DNA from: Fimicolochytrium jonesii
Lineage: Eukaryota
Direction: 5' to 3'
DNA length: 64,000 bases
Assembly: GCF_025526975.1 (NCBI RefSeq)
Contig: NW_026515682.1
Location: 1-64,000 of the forward strand
Part shown: positions 45,745 through 58,728 of the stretch, piece after piece
Numbering within the stretch: position 1 is the first letter of the stretch
Layout: every line of letters begins with the position of its first letter
Program-made: the position numbers and the translations under genes
The notes under the pieces: model-generated
Databases searched by the model: none
What the model was told of the DNA's origin: nothing
The model's input: the letters and a program-made list of their open reading frames with translations, nothing else

Positions 45745-46158
45745 TTCGTGAGTTTTTGACTTTGGAGAGTCTTTCCGTTGGAGAGATGGAGAGTGTCCTT
45801 CCTTTATATATAATATATATATACGGCAAACTCTGGTCCGAGTTTCGTGCTTCACCAGAAATCGAGACTTGCACCAGCAACTTTGGATTGACTTGGAGGA
45901 CTTCGTGGACTTTTTGGGGTTGCTTTGGAGTCTTTGGACTCTGCTTTGGACTCTTGCAGGGGCGCGCCCCCATGATGACAAGCGTCAAAGAAGTGAAATC
46001 CGGTCTTCAAGGTTTGCTGTTTCCCACCCACTGCACAAGCGGACTGTAAGCTAGAAAGACGGCAGACGACGATAATACATACTCTGTTTCTGGGTCTTTT
46101 CATACTCCTTTGCCCATCTGCAACTTCCCCCGCCCAACTCTAAGGACAAAGCGCAATA

Positions 46159-49100
46159 ATGTCCGGCGCGGGGAATCTTTTCCGCTCCGAGGAGATGTCG
46201 CTCATCAAGGTGCGCCATCTTGAACAGAGCAGCTAAACAAGTTGTGTTTAGGCGGTGTGGCGTCCGATTTTCTAACTGCGGTGGCTACTGTAACGTCAAC
46301 AGCTGTACATCCCTCTGGAAATTGCGCAACCGACGGTCTCTGAGCTTGGTGAACTTGGCCAGATTCAATTCCGCGATGTAAGCTCCAAACCGTTTGCAAT
46401 TCCAGAGGTTTTCCCACACTAACGCGACATATTCTCCTGCAGTTGAACCCAAATGTCAATGCTTTCCAAAGAGCGTTTGTCAATGAAATTCGACGTTTGG
46501 ATGAGATGGAGCGGAAGTTACGTAAGTACACAATTCAGGAGCAACTCGATGGTACTTGTGGGACATGGCGTTTACCGATGGTGCAATCTAGGCTTCCTTG
46601 AAGGGCAAATACGCAAAGCAGAGGTCATCTCTCGACCCCTCGACAGCAGCATGTACTATGGTCGATCTAGGACACAACAAGAAATCGACGAGTTGGAGGA
46701 GCGTTTGAACGAGCACGAGGGCCGTGTACAGCAAATGAACACATCTCTCGAGACTCTCAACAAGCGATACCTTGAATTGACGGAGCTCCGTCATGTTTTG
46801 CGGGAGACGGCCATGTTCTTTGATGAGGTACAACGAGACATATTGCCGCCAACATTATAGAACATGCGAGTACTGACGTCACGAACAAATTTAGGCCACA
46901 TCGCGCACCGACGATATTCTCGGCAATGCTCATAGAGAGGACACAGAGCTGCTGTCTCCAGCGGGAGTGATGGAAAATGCTGACGACGGAGAAGCCGCGG
47001 AGCGTGGTGAGGGAGCTCTTCGCTCAGCAAACCTGGGGTGGGTAGCACTCCCACTGATCTTCGATGCGCGACGCGAAACTGACAGCCATAATCTAGTTTC
47101 GTCGCTGGTGTCATCTCTCGTGGCCGTATGGGTACCTTCGAGCGCATTCTTTTCCGAGCTCTCCGTGGAAACTTGTACATGAACTACGCGGAGATTGATG
47201 AGCCAATCACGGACCCTATTACGGACGAGATTGTGCAGAAAAACGTTTTTATCATCTTCGCGCATGGCAAGCAGCTCCTTGCGAAGATCAAAAAGATTTG
47301 CGAGAGTATGGGAGCCACTGTGTATCCGGTGGATGAACGCTCTGAAAAGCGCCGTGATGATGCTCAGGAAGTTCTCGGACGGTTAGAGGATCTCAAGCAT
47401 GTATGCTATCCACATGGGGGCTTCTTCTGACGGTGAAAACCTGCTCACTGAGTTTTATTGCTTAGGTGTTGGACAACACTCGGAACCAGCGCAGAATCGA
47501 ACTGGTAAAGGTCGCTGAAAACCTGGAGTCTTGGTCCACAGTGGTGAAGAAGGAAAAGGCGATTTACCACACCATGAATCAATTCAACTACGACCAAAAC
47601 CGCAAGGCTTTGATCGCTGAGGGCTGGTGCCCAACCTTGTCGCTCAATGCCGTGCACTACGCTCTGCGAGGAGTAACGGTATGGATTTAGCGATCTCTAG
47701 GGATTTTATTTACGCGGACCTGGTCACTCAATGTTCCTTTTGCAGGAACGCACGGGCTCCACCATTCCACCTATTTTGGACGAGCTTCGCACTCGCCTGG
47801 ATCCTCCGACATTTCATCGAACAAACAAGTTCACAAACGCTTTCCAGGAGATCATTGACGCGTACGGAGTGGCGGCCTACCGCGAGGTCAATCCTGGACT
47901 ATTCACTGTGACGACGTTCCCCTTCTTGTTCGCCGTCATGTTCGGTGATTTCGGACACGGAATCCTCGTCACCGCCTTCGCAGCCTGGATGGTAGCGAAG
48001 GAGCGTGAACTTGAGAAGAAGAAATGGGGAGAAGTAAGTTCCCAATCGTTTTACGCTCCCCGCTTTCCGTTCCGGGTACTAACGTACATCGGGAAAAGAT
48101 TTGGGCTATGTTCTTTGGAGGCCGTTACATGATTCTGCTCATGGGAATCTTCTCGATCTACACGGGGTTGATTTACAACGATATCTTTTCGAAGGCCATG
48201 ACTTTGTTCAGCTCTGGCTGGGAGTTCGAACACAATGTGCATACCGGAAAGTGGCATGGAGTCAAAAGATGGACCTACCCGATTGGTGTTGACCCTGTAA
48301 GATCTCGTCTCTTGTGCATTGCCCTCACTGGACATCCATTGAATGTGTTCTTCCGACACCACAGGCTTGGCACGGTTCGGAGAACTCTCTCCTCTTCACC
48401 AACTCCTACAAAATGAAGATGGCGATTATTTTTGGTGTGTTACATGTGAGTTGTGCGATCTAGTTCAAGTCTCCATCATCTATGTCTCGAGCTCAGCTCA
48501 CCTATCGAAACAACACAGATGTCAACCGCCATCTGCCTCAACGTTTGCAACTACGTCCACTTCAACAACCGGTCCAGCATCTACCTTGAGTTCATCCCTC
48601 AGCTCACATTCTTGCTCAGCATCTTCGGGTATCTCGTCATCCTCATCATCTACAAATGGGCCACTGTCTGGCCTGGAGGCGACGCGCCTGGGCTGCTGAA
48701 CACCCTGATCTACATGTTCCTCTCGCCTGGTAGTGTCAGCGAACGAGATAAGCTATTCAATGGGCAGGTCAGGCGAACGATCCTCAGGCTCAATCAAGAG
48801 GTTTACCAGTGCTGACGCACCCTCTCCCTATTAGGCTGGTCTTCAAAGCTTCCTGCTACTCGTTGCGTTCGTGTGCGTCCCGGTGATGCTGTTTGGAAAG
48901 CCTTACTACTTGAAGAAAGAGCACGAGAAACGTGGCGGCCTAGGCTACGCCGGCCTTCTTGAAGACCATGGAGCCGACCCAAATGCGGCGGGTTTTGCCG
49001 CCGGACCCGGCGACACACGGCCGTCTGAAGACAACAGCGGCAGCAGCTCTGGACATACCGAGATGTCTGCGGAGGGCCACGGACATGGCCATGGGGAGGT

Positions 49101-49692
49101 AGATAAATTTCCGTTCGCTTTGGTATATTGCAAGCGATGCTTACCCGATCGTTCATAGGAGTTCGACTTCAGCGAAGTCATGATCCACCAGGGCATTCAC
49201 ACCATCGAATTCTGCTTGGGAGCGATTTCCAACACTGCCTCATACCTCCGTTTGTGGGCTCTATCTCTCGCTCACGCCCGTAAGTAACGTTCTTTAGATA
49301 ACTTTCTAGTTGCGCCGGACTTGACGTTTCCCTTTTTATATCGCAGAATTGTCCGAAGTGCTATGGACCATGATTCTCGGAAATGCGTTTAAAATGAAAG
49401 GCGGCATGCTTCCCATCGCCTTGTTCATCGGGTTTGCGTTCTGGTTCAGTCTCACGGTTGCAATCTTGATCATCATGGAGGGCCTGTCAGCTTTCCTCCA
49501 TGCCCTCCGTTTGCACTGGTAAGTGTCTCCCTGTCTGCGTCGAGCTCTCCAAGTCCTTGCAAGCTCTAATCCTGGGGACTGTTTCGCCTTCGCGAAAATA
49601 GGGTCGAGTTCAATAACAAGTTCTATGCGGGAACGGGCAAGAAGTTCATGCCTTTCGCCTTCAAGACCATTCTCGAGGACACGGAGGAATAA
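46159..49692 (+). CDS. VPH1: V-ATPase V0 subunit a, multi-exon
   Basis: [70 protein letters not shown]. Confidence 0.97.
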
Positions 49693-49993
49693 ACTTGAGT
49701 TTCAGATTATTGCGAGCTTTTGTTTTCGATGAATGTACGGATGTACACCGTTGTCACCATCGTTTCATTTGAAGCTCTGAACTTTGTGCGAAATGGGTAT
49801 CCCTGCTGTAAGAAGTGCATGTGCATTGGGGCATGAGCTGCTGGAAAGTGCCTCCTCTCATGGTTCAGCCCCTGATCCGTCTGCCAACGGATATCTGCTA
49901 TGCTACGCATGGGTCTTGTCCATCTCGGAGCAAGCCCAGACATCCTTTCGCAACTGTCCTAGCTTTAGTAGCCCTCGGCGTCTGTGTCTTGAC

Positions 49994-52853
49994 TCAAGAG
50001 GTATCTTCGTGCTCCAAAGACAGTAGCATCTCCACCTCATCCACCGTTCTCAACGGCGCGGCCAATGGCGGGCTCAGCTAGAGGTGCAAGAAAATCTTAT
50101 AAGTGAGAACACTTTCGTCAAAGGGAAACGACCGGAGCACAACTCACGTCTGCGACCAGCGGCTCCACATTCCGGAAGACATCCCTGTACGCATCCACAA
50201 ACATCCTGAAAGCGCGATGAGTAACCTCGGAAGCCAATTTCCGACTTGCAAGGCTCGACAGCGATGACGAGACTTCCAACGACGCGTTGTATAGGAATTT
50301 GTCGAATTGTGAGAGGGATTCCTGGATCTGGTCGGCTTGAGGGGTGGTGTTTGGGATGGTCAGGGGGAGGAGACCGGATTGTTTGATTATGTTTGCGTAC
50401 TGCGGGGGAGTATCGTATCGTCAGCTTTGGCATTCCTGTCGCGTGGACCCCGAGAGCGGGCGTTTCCTTACCTCCTCAACTACCAAAACGTCGGACTGAG
50501 CCTTGATCTGTTGCCCTATGGCATCGACTTGTTTCGTCGTGAAAGGGTACAGCTTCAAGGCGGACTATGAGAAATGGTGGTGGTGAGACACGTGCTGTTG
50601 CCCCACTCACGGCACTGCCACGCGGCTTTTTCACCTGAGTGTGAAGGAGGCAATTGACGATGTACACCGCATTTTCGATCGTGGGCAGGCTGGCAGCTCC
50701 CAGGACGCACATTTGCGTTAGCGGATCCAGCAACGCTGCGAGGATCTTTGCGAAATCTTCCTCGCGTCTATCAGATAACACGAGAGATTCGTCGTAGATT
50801 GCCATGATCTCTCGCTAAAGGCCATACAGGAAGCCAACTGATGTGAGTAAGCAGGATGATGAGGCGTACGAAAATGTGACTAACCAGCTGGAGAACGGTT
50901 TCCCGAATGCCTGGTGGTGGTAATAGGTCCATGCCCGGAGTCTAACAAGAAAAACGTTTTCAGTCCATCGCTTGTTTTCTAGTGCCAGAACAATGACACG
51001 GACCTGAACAGAGCGCAACAACTCGGACACATGTGCATTTAACGTGTCGTAGAATGTCTTGTACCCACTCTCCCGGATCCTGAAACCCATCAAATCTTAT
51101 GAGCGATCTGTCACAGCAGCTCGAGAAAGCAGGATTGATCACTCACTCTGCGATGGTCAGACAAAGTTGCGATTGCTCGCTCAACACGCCAATGAGAGTT
51201 CCTTCGTAGAACTGTACAAGGTTCGCAATACGGTAAACCGTAATGGGATCCTCTTGCGAGGCGAGAAGCTGTTCGATGCGAACCTGCATATATGGTGGAT
51301 GAGACGCCAGGATGATGCAGTGCGCACATCGTTCAAGGAGACGTGATCCAACCTTTAACGGTCGGCATGTGCCTTCCATATTCCTATCCAAGACTTGCCG
51401 TAATGCCTCGCGGTCAGCAACGTGCAGTCCGCCTAACGCGTCCAGAGGAGATTCCTCGACAGAGTCCGTCCGTGACTGCGACTTTCTCCGTGCTGCCGCC
51501 GATCAAAAACGCCACATGTCAATATTGCAAAATCCGCCCTGCGAGACCAGAGTGGAATCACACCTATTGCCTTTACGTCAAAGATGGCCTCCAGAATCTC
51601 ACGCTCTTCCGTCGCTGCTTGATGAAGCCACGCTAGCATGTCTCCAACGTATCGTAACGGGTCTCCAGCGTGCATCTCTATAGGTCTTGGAAAACCGCCT
51701 GGCCCACCCCGCGTCAATGCGTCTAGAAATGAGCGCACCATAGCAGAACATCGAATGTTGGAGACCTCGTCTATGCACGTTCTTCGGGGGTTTTAGATAT
51801 TGGTACATCGCATTATTGACAGCACAGGATCGAACTGACTTACTGGAACAGTACGGGTCGCTCTTTCAGGGCGCGCATCGCGTTCTTCAATGACGCCGTA
51901 ACTTCTGGGGCATCGCTGTTCAACGAGCGGCACTCATTTTGCGCCCACCGAAACAGTTTCTCGAAGGCTGTCTCTTGATAGGACGACATCTTCTCCATGA
52001 TCTCGAACCTTCTCCAGATTAGAATCTCATCTTCGCAGGTTCAATTCCTGATAAAGTCCCCTACCCTGCCTCCTGATGTTCCGTTACGAGCAGAGCTTTG
52101 CAATCATCGCTTATTCTCTCCAGCCGTTTCAATGCGTCGAAAAACTCGACTCCGACTACGTGACTGGGCGATGTCAGGATGGCAATCTCTGCGTCTGGAA
52201 GCGTAAATCGGGCCAGAAAGACATCAATGATGGCCTTCCGGACATGACACCGCTGACTGTTGAGGAATGAAGTGTGAGCATCGCATTACCTCCGCAACCG
52301 TAAGGAGGGCACAAGCAACAAGACCTTTGATCTTTGAGCTCCTGTGTCTGTTTGATCAGATGTGATGTCTCATTCGTTGCTTGCCGGAGTTTGTCCTCCA
52401 TGTCCTGGCAGCAAAAGGACATTTGCTCCATCTCCTTTTCCATCGTTTGGACTCGCTGTGGATCAGAGCTTGATGAGGTCTCTCTGTTCACCTTGCTTTC
52501 AAACACGCCGGATCTTACGTTCGCCACAACCGCAAAGGCCGAGAGGAATCTCGTATTGTTCGCCATCACTCTCCGTTCTATATCGCCACGCAGCGATCTT
52601 CTCGCCGCCAATGTGTTCTCCGTGTAGTACTCGGACAAGGCCGCCAAAGCCTCCTGGGTTTGCGGGTCTTCTAAAGACTTTGCATTGAACACATTGCATG
52701 GCAAAAACAGTAAGCGAAGTATTCCAAAAACAGAAACTAAGCAACACAAGCCGTAGCGATACAGACAATGTCCAGTGTTTTGTTTAACTTCCTTGACAGA
52801 GGGTTGCTCTTCGTGAGCTTCGCCTGCATCGCAGGCGACTCTGTAGTGGCCAT
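49994..52853 (-). CDS. COG6: Conserved oligomeric Golgi complex subunit 6, multi-exon
   Basis: [56 protein letters not shown]. Confidence 0.92.
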
Positions 52854-53528
52854 CTTGTGGAGTTTAAGCCTTACGCGGGCCCCTGAATGTGCGCTATTGA
52901 CGTTGAAGTGGACGCTACGGAAGCTTGTTCTGCTGGGTATGCTAGACGTTGGCGCGAAGCTAAGAATGCTACCGCTATCGTACGTAGATCACTGACGGCT
53001 GGGAACTTTTACGTGTCCAGCGAAGAGGGCGAACGATCGAAGTGGTCGTCGCGCTCTCTTCACGGAAATCTACGCAGGACACCAGCGAATGTTTCCACAA
53101 CGACTCCGGCGCCACCCTTTGCGTCCTTGAAACTCCCTCCCTCGAAATGAGAACTCTGCGCAAAATATCCATGTTTCCATCCTCGGAATGAAGCCCGTTC
53201 TCCCGTGGGAAGATGCAGCTGCCAAGCGGGTTGGGCCGAACGGTGACTGCGCGTCGTCCACTCACATTTTGTGACTCAGCAGCAGCTTCAGCCGTGACAA
53301 AAGCGATCACTCTCTACAACTCTTCAATTTCAACCAACACCCGTTCGCCAAGATCATCGCAACCAGCCGACAACATAAACTGTTTAGCAGCCAGATAGTC
53401 TAGAACTGTGCAACTTTAACCACATATATATACAGTTGCCGAAGCTACTGGTCAAGCAGGATTCCGACACTCGCACTTTGTAGAGCCCAGATATCCCGCC
53501 CTTGGCCGAAGTTATACTCCTTCCGAAG

Positions 53529-55417
53529 ATGATCCTGGTTGCATACGCTGCCCTAGCTCTGCTTCTGCAAACAGGCGTGAGAGGAGCACCATTTACGGCC
53601 TCCCCTGCACATAAGCGTTTTGGTAAGTATTTGCTTCGACGTCGCTCTACCTCCCGTCAGTATTGTTTTCACGCGTAAGGCTCTCCGACTTGAACGCTCT
53701 TCATTTATATTTGTGTCCCGCCAGTGCACTTGACGGATATCCATTATGATCCGCTCTACGTCTCCGGGGCCGATACCCGAACGCAGTGTCATAGGAGGAC
53801 GGAGGACTCGCAAGGAACTGACAAAGCCGCGCACTATGGGACGAGAGGCTCAAATTGCGATTCGCCTTTCCCACTCGTGAGCGAAGTCTTTGCTGCCATC
53901 CGGAATGATATTCAAAAAGATTCCCCTGTGGATGTCGTATTCTTAACGGGGGACAGCTCTCGCCACGACAGAGACAGCTTGGTGGAGAAGGAGGCGTCCG
54001 AGGTTTACAGTCAGAATGCCGAGGTCGTGTATCACATAGACAAAACATTCGATTTGACGAAGACAACAGTCATTCCGTCCATTGGAAATTGGGATGTCTC
54101 CCCGCACAATATGTTGCCAGAACCCAAGTATGCCTCAGATGCATTCGCGAACCTTTACAGCGTTTGGAGACCGCTACTCGAGAGCGGGCTGTCGGAATCA
54201 GAGGTCAACAGCACGAAGCAGACGTTCTTATCCGGCGGATACTTCGATCGAGTCATCGGGCAGGTCAACGGAGAAATTACGGTGCGCGCAATTAGTTTGA
54301 ACACTTTATACTTTTTCGCGGAGAACACAGCAGTAGATGGTAAATGCTATTTGCAAAGTCGCTTGGTGTCGCATCGGTCTGACCTTGATTGCCCTTTTCA
54401 GATTGTGAAATCACTGAGAACACTGGAGCTGTCGTTCAACTGTCATGGTTGGAAGAGAAACTTACTCATGCCCGACAGCAAAACGAAAAGGTGGTCATCA
54501 TTGGTCACGTTCCACCAATAGACCATAACGACAACCCGCTATACAAGCCCAATTGTTTGAGACTGTTCCTCCAGACTATTGGAGACCACGCGGAGGTGGT
54601 TCTATCGCAATTTTACGGCCACATCAATAAAGACGTTATCTACCTACTTACGCGCCAAGGGGACGAGAGCATCGACCCAAGAAAACCTAGCACGTACGCG
54701 TTGAATGCAGTAACGCCGAAGACAGTCATTGATCTGCAAAAGCAGAACCGCACTATCTTGAGCGTCAGCCAGACCTCCTCTTCGATCTTGCCCGTCCATA
54801 ACACAGGCGTCAAAGCCGGCGTGATTTCCATCCGGCCGCATGACACCCATATCATGCGCGAATCGCAGTGGTTCATCGACATAGTCCGCGCAAACGACAA
54901 ATTCGCGTCTTCACCTGGCCAACCGTCGGTATCCCCAATCACCTTCAAAGAGGCGTGTAAGACGGATGACGACTATAAGATGCAAGATCTCAAGCCGCGA
55001 TCCTACCAAGAGTGGCTGAAGCGTTTGCACGATGAGGCAAAATTGGATCTCACATTGGACGATGTCGAACTGAAAGCGGGCAAAGGGAAGAAACCGAGAT
55101 CTCAGATTCTCAAGAAATACGGATACTGTATGGACGCGTTGGAGAAGCAGCCCCATCCGCCACCGGACAACCATTTGTCGTTGTCACCTGCGGTCGTGCG
55201 AGCGGTGTTGATCTCCGCAACGGTTGTATTTGTGGGACTGATGGTGGCCTTTTACTTCTTTGTTCAGTATCTGGAAAAAGACGGGGATGTGCTGGAACGC
55301 CAGCGCTTGTTTTTCCGGCCTGTCGAGTCGAATCGGGGTCGGGATAATTTCACGCCAGGACCGAGCTCGAGACCGCGTGTCAACTTCCGCACATTCTTGT
55401 CTCCTACTAGCGGGTAG
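53529..55417 (+). CDS. Calcineurin-like metallophosphoesterase, endopolyphosphatase PPN1/acid-sphingomyelinase-like, 3 exons
   Basis: Signal peptide. TDIHYD, CDSP, TGDSSRHD, GNWD, GHVPP, YGHIN. C-terminal TM helix. Confidence 0.85.
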
Positions 55418-55935
55418 GGCCGTTCGGGTTGGAGGTGATACCCTGCTTTGGTCTTGTATAGCGTGTATGTATGTATTCTGCATCATAGGACCTTCCTTCG
55501 AGTATGCAATGGTGCTGCGTTTCACCTTCCGAGTTGTTCATGCCACTTCGGCACTGCAAGGCTTTAGTGTTTGAACGGCCGACATGAACACGCTGTCAAG
55601 ACGCTTCTCATCTAAGCTTGCATCACCCCTACCACATCACGATCCATATGGCGAATTTGCGTCAGAACATCTAAAATGGTCTTATGGATAATCTACGGAC
55701 TCACATCCAAAAAGAAAACGAGGTAAAAGGATTCAAAGGGGAGGGGGAGAGACGAGGGCACGGCACGGAGAGGCAAGGGCAAAGTCAGAGGGGTGTGCTC
55801 CCGCTTGCTGGCTGAGGGCCCATTGACAAATGCCGCGCGAGCAAAATGAAATGTACAAAAACTAGAGGTGGGTTGAAGCGCTTTTCCACCTCCTTACGAT
55901 CAACCGGACGGGTACCGATGTCTTGGGTCCGCCAG

Positions 55936-57489
55936 TCAATCGGAATCATCACCATGATCCAAATCCCTAAGAGGCGCCGACTCTTCGTCGAATGTCTTGA
56001 GCAAATGGGCTTCGTTGACGAGGGCCGTTGCGAGGCCCGCGGCGGATAGCGAGTTCCGTCGACTCGCGTCTGTGAACTTGTCCATGGCGCTTGGGTGGGC
56101 GCCGCCTGAGTGCCCTGAGGAGGGTTTATGGGAGTTGAGTTGGAAGACTCCAACAAAAATGGTGAGGAAGCCGCAGAACATGGACACGACGTCACGCTGT
56201 GAAGGGAAACAAGTGTGTCAGTGGTTTCAATATTTTTCAATTCTAAGAGAAGCACCGTCCGTACCCCGCTGGCATCCTCGAAGCCCTGGAATAACAGGAT
56301 CGACGCGATAATTGTCGCGGTGCTAAAGAAGACGTAGTAGACTGGGTACAAAAGTTCACAAAATGAGTTTCACTGGGATAGGTCCGGAAACTAACGAAGC
56401 CGAGACTTACTTGGTGTCACTCTGTACCATAATCAAGTCCAGCAGAAGTAATCAGTTGAGAATCCTCCTCAATGTGTTCCTCGTGAATCAACATACCTGT
56501 TTGTAGAGAACAAATCCAGGGCCTTGTTGAAATAGTTCATCTGCACCATCGCACACCCGACAACGGTGAGAAGGAACACGTATGTCGATGGATAGATGAA
56601 TTGATTCTGTCCGGCAAATGTGACGCGAACGGCGGTGCCGAATCCCTTGACCGCCATGACCGACACGGACCCGACCAGCGAGCAAATAGCGATGTAGACA
56701 ATCATGCTGCGTTTGCCGTAGATTGGGGCGATCTTATAGATTAATGTCAGTGATGTTGCTGCAACCAGGAGCATGTAGATTACGAATCCTGAAAATGGCC
56801 CACCGCTGATTAGCAGGTTGTGATGAATCGGCAGAGCAATGGGAATGCGACGTGCCTGGTCTCAGAGCATACTCCAGAATCTGATCTGTTGTCACCACAT
56901 CTGGTTCTGCTGGAGCGTGGAGAATGATGACCACGGATCCAATGATGCATAGCGCAGCTCCAATCTTCCCCTCCATGCCCAGCTCCTCGTTCAAGAAAAA
57001 GGAAGCCAAAATCGCGCTGCCGAACAGGAATTGCGTGAGCCCCAGTAGCGAACATCGTCGTCCAGGAAGGACATCCCCGTACCTGATAACGACGCTTCCC
57101 GCACCGAGAGGCGTCACCAAAATTGCTGGTGCGTAAGCATATGCGAGAAAATTCGCTATTTCCCCAAGCACCACTAACGGAACAGCGGAGCAAATCAGTT
57201 TCGCTTCCATCAAACCTCCATCCATATGCACATCTTACTCCTCTCTTCGTCCCGCGAAGAGGTGAAAGATAGCGCAGGACTTCTAAAGAAGAAATCGGCG
57301 ATACTTACTCGTTATCATCCCAGCCCACCATTTGTGATTTTGTAGATAGCTGTAGCCCTCCCCAGCGCTCCCTCCATGCGTTCGAGCCGCATCCAACAAG
57401 CCGAGTTTCGTTATGATGAAACTCGTTCCAATAAGGAAACTAGACGAGAGGGCCAATATCAGGCCGACATATTTGTTTTCGAGAACCAT
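55936..57489 (-). CDS. NIPA-family magnesium transporter, multi-exon
   Basis: KYVGLILA, WWAGM, GEIANFLAYAYAPAILVTPLGA, ICSLVGSVSVMAVKG, QMNYFNKALDLF. An additional 5'UTR intron at about 57614-57707. Confidence 0.93.
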
Positions 57490-58728
57490 GCTTATCGCTT
57501 ATGGCTGGATGGCGATATTCCCGTGCAGAAGAGTGAATGAGGGGACTGGGGGGGTGTTTGAGAAAATGAGGGTGCCTGACGAAGCAGAATTGGATATCGA
57601 ACTTCGACGCTGTCCTGGAAAGCGACCGCGGCCAGTGAACATTTGGGGCTCATGGGAATTGACGCCGTAGAATGCAAACAGACGCCGCACACAAACGACA
57701 GCACTTACGTGGAAAAGGGGAGGTAAACAGCTCCACTCGCTCTATTGACCGCTGTCCTTCCTTCCTTTTCTAGCGCTAGATATATAGCAACGTGGGGTTG
57801 CGGGGGTAAGCGGCCGTCAAGCAAACACAGCGAAGGCGGGGGTGGCCGTATTGTCACAATTGGTGCTAAAGCAATCTGGTTGCCGCGCGACTCCGGCTTT
57901 AATGATTCTCTCAACCCTTGTGCTCCTGTGGTGTGAGCTCATGCGCCAACCTGGAACGGTGACCCATCCTATACAATGACTTGTATGTACTTACGGCAAA
58001 GACTTTATTGCAACAATTATTTAACTTAATTGACGGGAGTTAACGGCAACGACGCGGACCTTTTAAAAGGTCGGGGAAGCTGGGTGATGGGAATCAACTC
58101 CAGACGGCCTACAATAAGATCTATTTGTCCGGATATACTGTACTCTCGATTAGCACTCATTGCCGACGTCTATGCAGACTTACGCCATATTCCCCCCGGT
58201 TACAGTTGCAGCACCAGAAATTCCTGGTGGCAGGCATCATTGTTCAGCAGGCTCCAGACGTGCAAACCTGACGCATTGATATCTGCGGTTCTGCCACCGC
58301 AGCGTTGTAAGCTCTCATCAAGAAGCAATGTCATCGGCTTCTCAACTCGCAAGTCGGTGTGAAGGTAAGGCTTGGTAGTGTACAGTACTGTACTGTATAG
58401 CCTCGTAGCGTTCTGACGTCCTTGCGCAGCGGCGCGTTCAGGTCATTTGCATGAACCGTCGCGTTCATCCCTGCCTCCTCTGCCTCTCCTGCTCCCGACT
58501 CGATTTGTGACCGCAAACCTACAGTACGTAGGCTGGCTGGCAGCCTGGCACTGCTGCAGGTAGAGAGAGAGAAGAGGGTCAAAGAGAAGCACATTCCAGC
58601 TGTTTGTTGTTCTGCGTGATACAGCCATACTCTTCCGTCTCTCAGGAGCACGCTCCAGCTTGCCATCGTTGTGAACAGCGCAGGCCTCGTCTTGAACTCT
58701 CTTTCCGGCTGAAAATTACGTGGGAACA

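Noticed and set aside
45745..45981. In-frame upstream extension of GTP cyclohydrolase I
   Set aside because: It has a non-ATG start and runs through the TA tract and promoter repeats.
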